Positions 29,480-38,533 of a DNA stretch of 64,000 nt are shown piece by piece. The notes beneath the pieces were generated by a model. The model did no database searches. It was not told the DNA's origin and was given only the letters and a program-made list of their open reading frames with translations. The translations under genes and the position numbers were made by a program. The number at the start of each line of letters is the position of its first letter. Within the stretch, counting starts at the first letter, position 1. The DNA is from Dehalococcoidia bacterium (lineage in GTDB: Bacteria > Chloroflexota > Dehalococcoidia > Bin125), in contig OZ251529.1 of assembly GCA_965243125.1 (NCBI GenBank), positions 1,346,492 to 1,410,491 on the forward strand, in the 5' to 3' direction.

Positions 29480-31375
29480 ATGTCGAAGAACTACTGGGCG
29501 CGGATGCGCAGGCAAAGCCTGAGCCGGCGGGCGCTGTTGCGCGCCTCGGCGCGCGCCGGCGTCGGCGCGGCCGGCCTGGCGCTGGTTGGTTGCGGCGACG
29601 ACGACGATGACGACGACGCCCAACCGCAGGCGGTCGCGCAGGCCGAAGACCAGCCGCAGCAACAGCAGGCCCAACCCGCCGCACGCCAGCAGACGCAACA
29701 GGCGGAAGACCAGGCTGATCAGCAAGCGGCGATCCAGCAGCAGCAAGAGCAGGACGAGCCCGACGAGCCGGCCGAAGACACCGCCCGCCAGGAAGCCGCC
29801 GTCAGCGAAGTCGACATGGACGCCGAGATCGTCGTCGGCTACGGCGCGTTCCCACCCACGCTCGACATCACCACCGCCGGCGGCGGCGGCGGTCAGGGCG
29901 CCAACAACAACCTGCACTTCGCCGCTCTCGGCGCCTACAACTCCGGACGCCAACTCCAGCCCACCGGCGGCTTCGGCGACTGGGAGTTCGCCGAAAACAA
30001 CTCCGTCTTCCGCTGGCGCGTCAAGCAGGGCGTCACCTTCCATAATGGCGAGCCGCTCAACGCCGAAGCCCTCAAGTTCTACTGGGAGCGAATCCTCGGC
30101 CGCGCCGAATACAACCCCGACTTCCAGTCCAGTCTCCGCGCCCGCGCCGGCTGGATGGCCGACATCACCGTGGTCGACGACCACACCGTCGAAATCGCCA
30201 TGGACACGCCCTTCGTCGACGCCCCCGAACAGTCCGGCGGGATCAACTTCGGCCTCCTGCCCATGCAGTACATCATCGACAACGGCGACGATCACTTCGC
30301 CAACAACCCCATCGGCTGCGGCGCATACAAGTTCGTCTCCTGGGTCCCCGATCAGGAAATTCGCAGCGAGCGGTTCGACGAGTTCGCCTTCCCCCACGAC
30401 GCCCCCCACCAGTGGAAAGCCGGCTGGGCCAAGTACATCACCGGCCGCTACTTCCCGGAGGAACAGGCCCGCGCCGCCGCCCTCGAAGCCGGCGAAATCG
30501 ACATCGCCTACCGCATCAGCCCCGACGTCGCCAGCCAGTTCGAGGACCGCGACGACTTCAAGGTGATCGTGCTGCCCGATGTGCGCGTCATGGCGATCGA
30601 ACTGCCCGTCAACCAGTCGCTCGATCCAATCACCGGCGAGGAAAACCCCTGGCGCGACAAGCGCGTCCGCCAGGCCGCCAACTACGCGATCGACGCACAG
30701 GCGATCATCGACAACCTGCTCACCGGCAATGAGGAGCGCGCCTACACCCCGTTCCCGGCCGGCAAGCCGCCGCCGCTCGGCTCGCTCGAGCGCCAGTACT
30801 ACTACGACCCCGATCGCGCCCGCGCCCTGCTCGAAGAAGCCGGCCAGGTCGGTTTCGCCTTCACCATCACCCTGCCCACCGGCCTCTGGACCGCCGACCG
30901 CATCTGGATGCCCGCCGTCCAGCAGATGCTCAACGACGTCGGCTTCAAGGTCGAAATCGACTACGCCGACTTCGGCAACGCCCTCTCCCTGATCCGCAAC
31001 AACGAACTGTCCCACCCGTTCATCTTCAACCAGGCTGGCGTCAGTTCCGGCGCTCCGCTCGGACCGGCCTTCGCCTACCGCCTGGTCACGACGGTCGGCG
31101 CGCCCTACTCGCACGCCCAGGAGAGCGACGACTTCCTGCCGGAGTTCACCGAATTCCAGCAGCTGATCGACGAGGCCAACGCCGAGTTCGACTTCGAGCG
31201 TGCCAACGACCTCTACCACCAGGCCGCCGTCATCTCCTACGAGAACGCCTTCCAGGTGCCGTTGTTCGGCCTGCCGCACCTCTACGCCGCCACGCCGGAC
31301 ATCTTCTACAACGAGTACTACGACACCTCCACCGGCCTGAACCCGATCTACGCGCAGAAGGTCAAGTCGGCCTAG
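29480..31375 (+). CDS. ABC transporter substrate-binding protein, family 5 (Tat lipoprotein)
   Basis: NYW..LSRRALL..LVGC leader, Q-rich linker, GVTFHNGEP, PIGCGAY, DKRVRQAANYAID. Confidence 0.9.
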   Translation: MSKNYWARMRRQSLSRRALLRASARAGVGAAGLALVGCGDDDDDDDAQPQAVAQAEDQPQQQQAQPAARQQTQQAEDQADQQAAIQQQQEQDEPDEPAEDTARQEAAVSEVDMDAEIVVGYGAFPPTLDITTAGGGGGQGANNNLHFAALGAYNSGRQLQPTGGFGDWEFAENNSVFRWRVKQGVTFHNGEPLNAEALKFYWERILGRAEYNPDFQSSLRARAGWMADITVVDDHTVEIAMDTPFVDAPEQSGGINFGLLPMQYIIDNGDDHFANNPIGCGAYKFVSWVPDQEIRSERFDEFAFPHDAPHQWKAGWAKYITGRYFPEEQARAAALEAGEIDIAYRISPDVASQFEDRDDFKVIVLPDVRVMAIELPVNQSLDPITGEENPWRDKRVRQAANYAIDAQAIIDNLLTGNEERAYTPFPAGKPPPLGSLERQYYYDPDRARALLEEAGQVGFAFTITLPTGLWTADRIWMPAVQQMLNDVGFKVEIDYADFGNALSLIRNNELSHPFIFNQAGVSSGAPLGPAFAYRLVTTVGAPYSHAQESDDFLPEFTEFQQLIDEANAEFDFERANDLYHQAAVISYENAFQVPLFGLPHLYAATPDIFYNEYYDTSTGLNPIYAQKVKSA

Positions 31376-31380
31376 CCGCC

Positions 31381-31426
31381 GCGCCGATCCCGCCGCGGCC
31401 GCGGCCGGCCGCGGTGGGATCGGCGC
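31381..31426 (+). terminator. 20-bp GC stem-loop after SBP gene
   Basis: gcgccgatcccgccgcggcc / ggccgcggtgggatcggcgc inverted repeat. Confidence 0.6.
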
Positions 31427-31474
31427 ATCGCAGCATCGGCGAAGCGCGCCCGGCGTCGAGGGATCGAACGCAAC

Positions 31475-32410
31475 ATGCGCAGCGAACTCGGTACCGCCGC
31501 CGTCGGCCGCCTCCTGCGCTCGATCGCCGTCGTCTTCGGCGTCGTCACCATCGTCTTCTTCCTGAGCCGCGCCGTCGGCGACCCCGTCTCCCTGCTCGCG
31601 CCGATCGACTCCACCCAGGCCGAAATCGACGCCGCGAAAACCAGATACGGCCTCAACGACCCGCTCATCGAGCAATACGGCCGCTTCCTGATCGACATCG
31701 TCCAGCTCGACTTCGGTCAATCCTTCCGCGCCACCCGCCCCGCCACCGACGTCGTCGGCGAGCGAGTCGTCGCCACCGTCCAACTCGGCGCGGCTGGACT
31801 CTTCGTCGCCTTCGCTATCGGCATTCCGCTCGGCATCGTCGCCGCGGTGCGACGCGGCGGCGCGACCGACATCTTCAGCAGATTGCTCGCTCTGTTCGGC
31901 CAGGCCGTGCCCAACTTCTGGCTCGGCCTGATGCTGATCCTGTTCATCGCGCTCAACATCGACTGGTTCCCCACCGGCTCGCGCACCAGCCCCCAGAGCA
32001 TCATCCTGCCCGCCATCACGCTCGGCTCGTTCCCCGCCGCCGCCGTCATGCGCTTCACCCGCTCGGCCATGCTCGACACGCTCCAGCAGGACTACATCCG
32101 CACCGCCCGCGCAAAGGGGCTCAACGAGCGCGCCGTGCTCTTCAAGCACGCCCTGCGCAACTCCATGCTCGCCGTTGTCACCCTGCTCGGCCTCCAGGTC
32201 GGCAACATCCTCTCCGGCGCCATCATCGTCGAAACCGTCTTCGCCTGGCCCGGCCTCGGACAGCTGATCATCCAGTCGATCGTCGCCACCGATTACCCCG
32301 TCGTCCAGGCCTCCGTGCTGCTCACCTCAGTCTGGATCGTCTTCGTCAACTTCGTCGTCGACGTCTCCTACACGTTCATCGATCCGCGCATCCGGACAGG
32401 AGCGGTCTGA
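31475..32410 (+). CDS. Peptide ABC transporter permease (DppB-like)
   Basis: GDPV, PNFWLG, QDYIRTARAKGL, VETVFAWPGLG. Confidence 0.92.
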   Translation: MRSELGTAAVGRLLRSIAVVFGVVTIVFFLSRAVGDPVSLLAPIDSTQAEIDAAKTRYGLNDPLIEQYGRFLIDIVQLDFGQSFRATRPATDVVGERVVATVQLGAAGLFVAFAIGIPLGIVAAVRRGGATDIFSRLLALFGQAVPNFWLGLMLILFIALNIDWFPTGSRTSPQSIILPAITLGSFPAAAVMRFTRSAMLDTLQQDYIRTARAKGLNERAVLFKHALRNSMLAVVTLLGLQVGNILSGAIIVETVFAWPGLGQLIIQSIVATDYPVVQASVLLTSVWIVFVNFVVDVSYTFIDPRIRTGAV

Positions 32411-32413
32411 ACC

Positions 32414-33316
32414 GTGGCGGAAACGCAACTCCAGCCGCCGGCGGTCGAGCCGCCTTTTGCCGCCCGCCGCCGCGGCTGGCGCATCCGTTCGCCCAAGACC
32501 CTTGTCGTCACCCTCACCATCCTCCTGCTCTTCCTTGTCCTCGGCATCTTCGGTCCCCAAATCGCGCCCGAAGACCCGTTCCGACTCGACCTCGTCGGAC
32601 GCCTGCAACCCCCCTTCTTCCAGGCCGAAGGCAGTCTCGAACACCCGCTCGGCACCGACGATCTCGGCCGCGACACCCTCAGCCGCCTGATCCACGGCGC
32701 TCGCATCTCTCTCCTCGCCATCGCCATGGTGATCCCCCTGGCCACCGTGATCGGCTCTCTGCTGGGACTCCTCGCCGGCTGGTTCGGCGGCTGGACCAGC
32801 CGCGTAATCATGGCCCTCGTTGACCTCCAATTGGCGATGCCCGCCATCCTGATCGCCGTCTTCCTCCGCGCCATCTGGGAACCCAGCCTGCGCAATGTCG
32901 TTGTCGTCCTCGTCTTCGCCCTCTGGGCCACCTTTGCCCGCCTGGTGCGCGGCGAAACGCTTGGGCTCAAGGAGCGCGAATTCGTGATCGCCGCACGCAC
33001 CATCGGCGCCACCGACCTGCGCATCATGCTCCGCCACGTACTCCCCAGCCTGGTCAACTCAATCGTGATCCTCGCCACCCTCAACGTCGCCACCGTGATC
33101 ATCGCCGAGGCCGGCCTCAGCTTCCTCGGCGTCGGCATCCCCCAGGACTCCATCTCCTGGGGCATCATGATCTCCCAGGGCCGCGACGTGATCAGCATCG
33201 CCTGGTGGCTGGTCACCGTGCCCGGTATCGCCATCATCATCGTCTCGCTCGTCGTCAACGTCTTCGGCGACTGGCTGCGCGACTTCCTCGACCCCACGCT
33301 GCGCAACACCGAGTGA
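32414..33316 (+). CDS. Peptide ABC transporter permease (DppC-like)
   Basis: HPLGTDDLGRD, EFVIAARTIGA, RHVLP, EAGLSFLG. Confidence 0.92.
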   Translation: MAETQLQPPAVEPPFAARRRGWRIRSPKTLVVTLTILLLFLVLGIFGPQIAPEDPFRLDLVGRLQPPFFQAEGSLEHPLGTDDLGRDTLSRLIHGARISLLAIAMVIPLATVIGSLLGLLAGWFGGWTSRVIMALVDLQLAMPAILIAVFLRAIWEPSLRNVVVVLVFALWATFARLVRGETLGLKEREFVIAARTIGATDLRIMLRHVLPSLVNSIVILATLNVATVIIAEAGLSFLGVGIPQDSISWGIMISQGRDVISIAWWLVTVPGIAIIIVSLVVNVFGDWLRDFLDPTLRNTE

Positions 33317-33341
33317 GCGCGCGTCAACCACGGAGCGAATC

Positions 33342-34904
33342 ATGTCCTGGCAACGCGAACTGGACGAAATCGAGCGCCGCGCCGAACTCGCCCGCCAGAT
33401 GGGCGGACCCGACAACGTCGCCTTCCATAAGGGCCGCGGCAAGCTCACCGTCCGCGAACGCATCGACCTCCTCGTCGACCCCGACGGCTTCGCCGAGACC
33501 GGCGTCCTCGCCGGCAAACCGCAGTGGGACGGCAACAACCTCGCCGCCCTCACACCCGCCAACAGCGTCGTCGGCGTCGCCCAAATCAACGGGCGCAAAG
33601 TCGCCGTGCAGGGCGACGACTTCACCATCCGCGGCGGCTCCGCCGACGGCTTCGTCGGCGAAAAAGGCAGCTGGGCCGTCCGCCACGCCTACATGAACCG
33701 CATCCCCTTCGTCCGCCTGCTCGACGCCACTGGCGGCAGCGTCCGGCACTTCGAAGAACTCGGCCGCACCTACGTCGTCGGCCCCGAAATCGGCGGCGGC
33801 ACGGGCGTCGACGACCTCCTCTGGCGCTCCCCCGTTGTCTCCGTCGTGCTCGGCTCCGTCGCCGGTGGCCCCGCTGTGATCGCCGCCGACTGCCACTTCA
33901 ACGTGATGGTCCAAAACACCAGCCAACTCTTCATCGGCGGCCCGCCCGTCGTTAAAGCCGGACGTGGACTCGAAATCAGCAAAGAAGAACTCGGCGGCGA
34001 ACAGGTCCACATCTACGAAACCGGCGTCGTCCAAAACCTCGCCGAAAGCGAAGCCGACGCCATGCAGCAAACCCGCCGCTTCCTCAGCTACCTCCCCCAA
34101 AACGTCTGGGAAGCGCCCCCGCGCGCCGAACCCGCCGACGACCCCGAACGCCGCGAACAAGCCCTCCTTTCCCTCATCCCCCGCAACCGTCGCCGCATCT
34201 ACAACCCGCACACAATCCTCGACCTCACCCTCGACCGCGATTCCTTCTTCGAAATCCAGCCCCACTGGGGCAAATCCCGAATCACTGGCCTCGCCCGCGT
34301 CGACGGCTACCCCGTCGGCGTCATGATCAACAACCCCCGCGAAAACGGCGGCTCCACCAACAAGCAGGCCGCCGAAAAAATCAGCCGCCTCGTCCAACTC
34401 TGCGACACCTTCCACCTCCCGCTCGTCTACTTCTGCGACGAACCCGGCTTCTCCGTCGGCCCCGCCGACGAACGCACCGGCCTGATCCGCACCGGCGCGC
34501 GCCTCATGCTCCTCACCCGCCTCTCCCAAATGCCCTACCTCGTCTTCATCACCCGCCAGGCCTACGGCGTCGCCGGCGGCCTCCAGTACCGACGCGGCAA
34601 CGCCCTCTACCGCCGCTACGCCTGGCCCTCCGCCCAGTGGGGCTCCATGCACATCGAAGGCGGCGTCTCCGCCGCTTACCGACGTGAGATCCGCGATGCC
34701 CCCGACCCCGAAGCAAAGCGCCTCGAAATCGAAGAGCGCCTCAACGAAATCCGCTCCCCCCTCCGCACCGCCCACGCCTTCGGCATCGAAGACATCATCA
34801 ACCCCCGCGAAACCCGCCCATTGCTCGTCGACTTCGTCCGCGACGCCCAACCCCACATCGCCGCCCAACTCGGCCCCACTACCCGCATCCCCTACCTCCC
34901 CTGA
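33342..34904 (+). CDS. Acyl-CoA carboxylase carboxyltransferase subunit
   Basis: GKLTVRERIDLLVD, DFTIRGG, GGPPVV, ITGLARVDG, DEPGF. Confidence 0.9.
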   Translation: MSWQRELDEIERRAELARQMGGPDNVAFHKGRGKLTVRERIDLLVDPDGFAETGVLAGKPQWDGNNLAALTPANSVVGVAQINGRKVAVQGDDFTIRGGSADGFVGEKGSWAVRHAYMNRIPFVRLLDATGGSVRHFEELGRTYVVGPEIGGGTGVDDLLWRSPVVSVVLGSVAGGPAVIAADCHFNVMVQNTSQLFIGGPPVVKAGRGLEISKEELGGEQVHIYETGVVQNLAESEADAMQQTRRFLSYLPQNVWEAPPRAEPADDPERREQALLSLIPRNRRRIYNPHTILDLTLDRDSFFEIQPHWGKSRITGLARVDGYPVGVMINNPRENGGSTNKQAAEKISRLVQLCDTFHLPLVYFCDEPGFSVGPADERTGLIRTGARLMLLTRLSQMPYLVFITRQAYGVAGGLQYRRGNALYRRYAWPSAQWGSMHIEGGVSAAYRREIRDAPDPEAKRLEIEERLNEIRSPLRTAHAFGIEDIINPRETRPLLVDFVRDAQPHIAAQLGPTTRIPYLP

Positions 34905-34975
34905 TGCCCCCGCCATTCCCGCGCCTTTTCCACCATACCCACCCCCAGATTCGTCATACCCGCGCCCCAGGGATT

Positions 34976-35068
34976 CGTCATACCCGCGCTTGCCGCGGGT
35001 ATCTCGACGAGAACAGCACCACCCTCACACCCCCCATCTCCCGTCATTCCCGCTCCCGAGCGAGAACC
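34976..35068 (+). repeat. REP family A (34976-35019) plus family B (35042-35068), with truncated 5' copies from ~34930
   Basis: Direct sequence match to the other copies. Confidence 0.88.
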
Positions 35069-35112
35069 ACTTTCACCGCACCCCTATCCTGTCCACGTGC
35101 GGAAGGACACAC

Positions 35113-38100
35113 ATGCCCATCAACAAACTCCTCATCGCCAACCGCGGCGAAATCGCCATCCGAATCATCCGCGCCGCGCGCGAACTGGGCATCCCCGCCA
35201 TCGCCGTCCACTCCCAGGACGACGCCGCCTCCCTGCATGTGCGCCGCGCCGACGAAGCGCACCCCCTCGACGCCGTCGGCGCACGCGCCTACCTCGACAT
35301 CGAAGCCATCATCGCCGCCGCCAAAACGACCGACTGCGACGCCCTCCATCCCGGCTACGGCTTCCTCGCCGAAAGCGCCCAACTCGCCCGCCGCTGCGCC
35401 GAAGAAGGCATCGCCTTTGTCGGCCCCTCCGTCGAAGCGCTCCAACTCTTCGGCGACAAAGCCCGCTCCCGCGCCCTCGCCGACGAGCACGGCGTCCCTG
35501 TCCTGCCCGGCAGCGCCGCCCCCGTCAGCCTCAGCGAAGCGCAGGCCTTCTTCGCATCGCTCAACGGCGGCGCAATGATGATCAAGGCCGTCGCCGGCGG
35601 CGGCGGACGCGGCATGCGCGTCGTCACCGCCTCCGACCAGCTCGAAGAAGCCTACGCCCGCTGCCAATCCGAAGCCGCCGCATCCTTTGGCGACCCCGCC
35701 GTCATCGTCGAACGTCTGCTCCCACGCGCGCGCCACATCGAGGTGCAGGTCATCGGCGACGGAAGCGGCGCCGTCGCCCACCTCGGCGAACGCGAATGCA
35801 GCCTCCAGCGCCGCCACCAGAAAGTCGTCGAATGGGCGCCCAGCCCATCCCTCAGTCCCGACGCCCGAGCGCGCCTCACCGCCGCCGCCGCCCGCATCGC
35901 CGCCACCGTCAGCTATCGCAGCCTCGCCACCTTCGAGTTCCTCGTCGACGCAGACGACGAGCGCGACTTCGCCTTTATCGAAACCAACCCCCGCCTCCAG
36001 GTTGAGCACACTGTCACCGAAGAAGTCGTCGGCATTGACCTCGTCCGCGCCCAACTCCGCATCGCCGCCGGACAATTGCTCGCCGATCTCGGCCTCACCC
36101 AAACCGACATCCCCGCCCCGCGCGGCTACGCAATCCAGACCCGCGTCAACATGGAGCGAATCGAGGCCGACGGCGAGGTCCGCCCCGCCGGCGGCATGCT
36201 CACTGCCTACGAGCCGCCCGCCGGCCCTGGCGTCCGCATCGACGGCTACGGCTACCCCGGCTACGCCTCCAACCCAAACTTCGACTCCCTCCTTGCCAAG
36301 CTGATCGTCCACTCCTCAACCCCCGACTTCGCCGACGCCGTCGCCCGCGCCCGCCGCGCGCTCGCCGAATTCCGCATCGACGGCGTCGAAACCAACCTCG
36401 GCTTCCTCGACCGCGCGCTCGCCCACGACGACTTCGCAAACGGAACCATCTACACACGCTGGGTAGACGACCACAGCGCCGATCTCGCCGCGCCGGCGGT
36501 AGCTGAGGAACGACCGCGCGACGCCGCCGGACTGGCCGGCGCGCAGCTCGACACCCGCGACCCGCTCGCCGGACTCAACTACTTCCGCGAAGGCGGCGGC
36601 ACGCGCACCCAAAGCGCCGTTGCCGCCGTCGCGCCCGGCGCCCACCCGGTCGCCGATATCGTCGGACCGCCCAACACCGAACCCGTCCGCTCCCCGCTAC
36701 AGGGCACCATCATCGAAATCGTCGTCGCCGAGGGCGACGCCGTGCGCCGGGGCCAGCAACTGTTCGTCATGGACTCGATGAAAATGGAGCACGTCATTAA
36801 GTCCGACATCGCCGGCTACCTGCGCCAGCTCACCGTCTCCCAGGGCGATGTCGTCTACGAAGGCCATCCCCTGGCCTTCGTCGAACCGGCCGAAGTCGGC
36901 GACGCCATCGAGGACGTCGATGAGCAAATCGATCTCGATTACATCCGCCCCGACCTCCGGGAACTCCTCGACATCCTCGCCCTCGGCGAAGACGAAAACC
37001 GCCCCGAATGGGTTGAGCAGCGCCATGCCAAGGGCAAGCGCACCCAGCGCGAAAGCCTCGCCGACCTCGTCGATCCCGGCAGCTGGGTCGAGTTTGGCGC
37101 GCTCGTACTCCCCGCCCGCCATCGCATCATGTCCGACGACGAAATGCGACGCCGCGCCCCCGCCGACGGCATGATCACCGGCCTCGGTACCGTCAACGGC
37201 GACCTCTTTCCCGAAGACCGCGCAACCACCCTCGTCGCCATGTACGACGAAACCGTCTGGGCCGGCACCCAGGGCATGATGGGTCACCAGAAAACCGACC
37301 GCATCATCAAGTTTGCCGACGAACAGGCCACCCCGCTGATCGTCTGGGCCGAGGGCGCCGGCGGACGTTCCGGCGATACCGACTTCTCCGATATCTCCGC
37401 CGCCGGACAGTGGGTGCCCACCTACGACATGATGGCTCGCATCAGCGGCACCGTCCCGATGATCGGCATCACTGCCGGCCGCACCTTCGCCGGCAACGCC
37501 TCAATCCTCGGTATCACCGACTGCATCATCGCCACCCGCGACGCCAACATCGGCATGGGCGGACCCGCCACCATCGAAGGCGGCGGCCTCGGCCTCTTCA
37601 CCCCCGAAGAAATCGGCCCCATGTCCGACCTCGGACCCGCCGGCAGCGTCGATATCCTCGTCAACGACGAGTACGAAGCCATCGACGCCGCCAAACAATA
37701 CCTCTCCTACTTCCAGGGCCCGATCCCCGATTGGGACTGCGTCGACCAACGCCTGCTCCGACACGCCATCCCCGAAAACCGCAAGCGCCCCTTCAGCGTC
37801 CGCAACGTAATCGAGCAACTGGCCGATACCGGCTCCGTGCTCGAACTCCGAGCCGAATTCGGCGTCGGCATCATCACCTCCCTGATCCGCATCGAAGGCC
37901 ACCCCATCGGCCTGATCGCCAACAACAACGAACACCTCGGCGGCGCGGTCGACAGCCCCGGCGCAGACAAACTCTGCCGCTTCGCCCAACTCTGCGACTG
38001 CTTCAACATCCCCATCGTCGTACTCGTCGATACCACCGGCATGATGGTCGGCCCCGACGTCGAACGCACCGGACTCGCCCGCAAATGCAATAACGTGTTC

Positions 38101-38505
38101 GTCACGCTGGCCAACGCCCAGTCCCCCCGCTTCACCATCATCCTCCGCAAATCCTACGGCCTCGCCGCCCAGGCGATGATGACCGGCAGCTCCCGCGCCC
38201 CGCTCTTCGCCCTCGCCTGGCCCACCGCCGAGCTGGGCGGCATGAACCTCGAAGCCGCCGTCCGCCTCGGACAGCGCGCCGAGCTCGCCGCCATCCAGGA
38301 CGTCGACCAACGCGCCGCCCGCTACGAAGAACTGGTCGCCGAAGCCTACCGCCGCGGCCGCGGCGTCAACGCCGCCGCTGTCCACGAAAATGACGGCGTG
38401 ATCGACCCCGCCGACACCCGCCGCTGGATCGTCCGCGGCCTCATGGCCTGCGAAAATCCCCACCCCATCCGCCGCGGCCGCCGCCCCAACATCGATACTT
38501 GGTAG
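35113..38505 (+). CDS. Single-chain biotin-dependent acyl-CoA carboxylase (BC-BCCP-CT fusion)
   Basis: LLIANRGEIA, HPGYGFLAE, GGGGRGMR, RLQVEH, biotin motif SMKM, C-terminal CT domain. Confidence 0.92.
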   Translation: MPINKLLIANRGEIAIRIIRAARELGIPAIAVHSQDDAASLHVRRADEAHPLDAVGARAYLDIEAIIAAAKTTDCDALHPGYGFLAESAQLARRCAEEGIAFVGPSVEALQLFGDKARSRALADEHGVPVLPGSAAPVSLSEAQAFFASLNGGAMMIKAVAGGGGRGMRVVTASDQLEEAYARCQSEAAASFGDPAVIVERLLPRARHIEVQVIGDGSGAVAHLGERECSLQRRHQKVVEWAPSPSLSPDARARLTAAAARIAATVSYRSLATFEFLVDADDERDFAFIETNPRLQVEHTVTEEVVGIDLVRAQLRIAAGQLLADLGLTQTDIPAPRGYAIQTRVNMERIEADGEVRPAGGMLTAYEPPAGPGVRIDGYGYPGYASNPNFDSLLAKLIVHSSTPDFADAVARARRALAEFRIDGVETNLGFLDRALAHDDFANGTIYTRWVDDHSADLAAPAVAEERPRDAAGLAGAQLDTRDPLAGLNYFREGGGTRTQSAVAAVAPGAHPVADIVGPPNTEPVRSPLQGTIIEIVVAEGDAVRRGQQLFVMDSMKMEHVIKSDIAGYLRQLTVSQGDVVYEGHPLAFVEPAEVGDAIEDVDEQIDLDYIRPDLRELLDILALGEDENRPEWVEQRHAKGKRTQRESLADLVDPGSWVEFGALVLPARHRIMSDDEMRRRAPADGMITGLGTVNGDLFPEDRATTLVAMYDETVWAGTQGMMGHQKTDRIIKFADEQATPLIVWAEGAGGRSGDTDFSDISAAGQWVPTYDMMARISGTVPMIGITAGRTFAGNASILGITDCIIATRDANIGMGGPATIEGGGLGLFTPEEIGPMSDLGPAGSVDILVNDEYEAIDAAKQYLSYFQGPIPDWDCVDQRLLRHAIPENRKRPFSVRNVIEQLADTGSVLELRAEFGVGIITSLIRIEGHPIGLIANNNEHLGGAVDSPGADKLCRFAQLCDCFNIPIVVLVDTTGMMVGPDVERTGLARKCNNVFVTLANAQSPRFTIILRKSYGLAAQAMMTGSSRAPLFALAWPTAELGGMNLEAAVRLGQRAELAAIQDVDQRAARYEELVAEAYRRGRGVNAAAVHENDGVIDPADTRRWIVRGLMACENPHPIRRGRRPNIDTW

Positions 38506-38533
38506 CGCCGCCGCGCGCGGCAAGGAGCACATC

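Noticed and set aside
28313-32149. 1821-aa minus-strand ORF as a giant protein
   Set aside because: Only 26684-28312 is a real SBP; the rest is an antisense shadow of + strand genes caused by high-GC codon bias.
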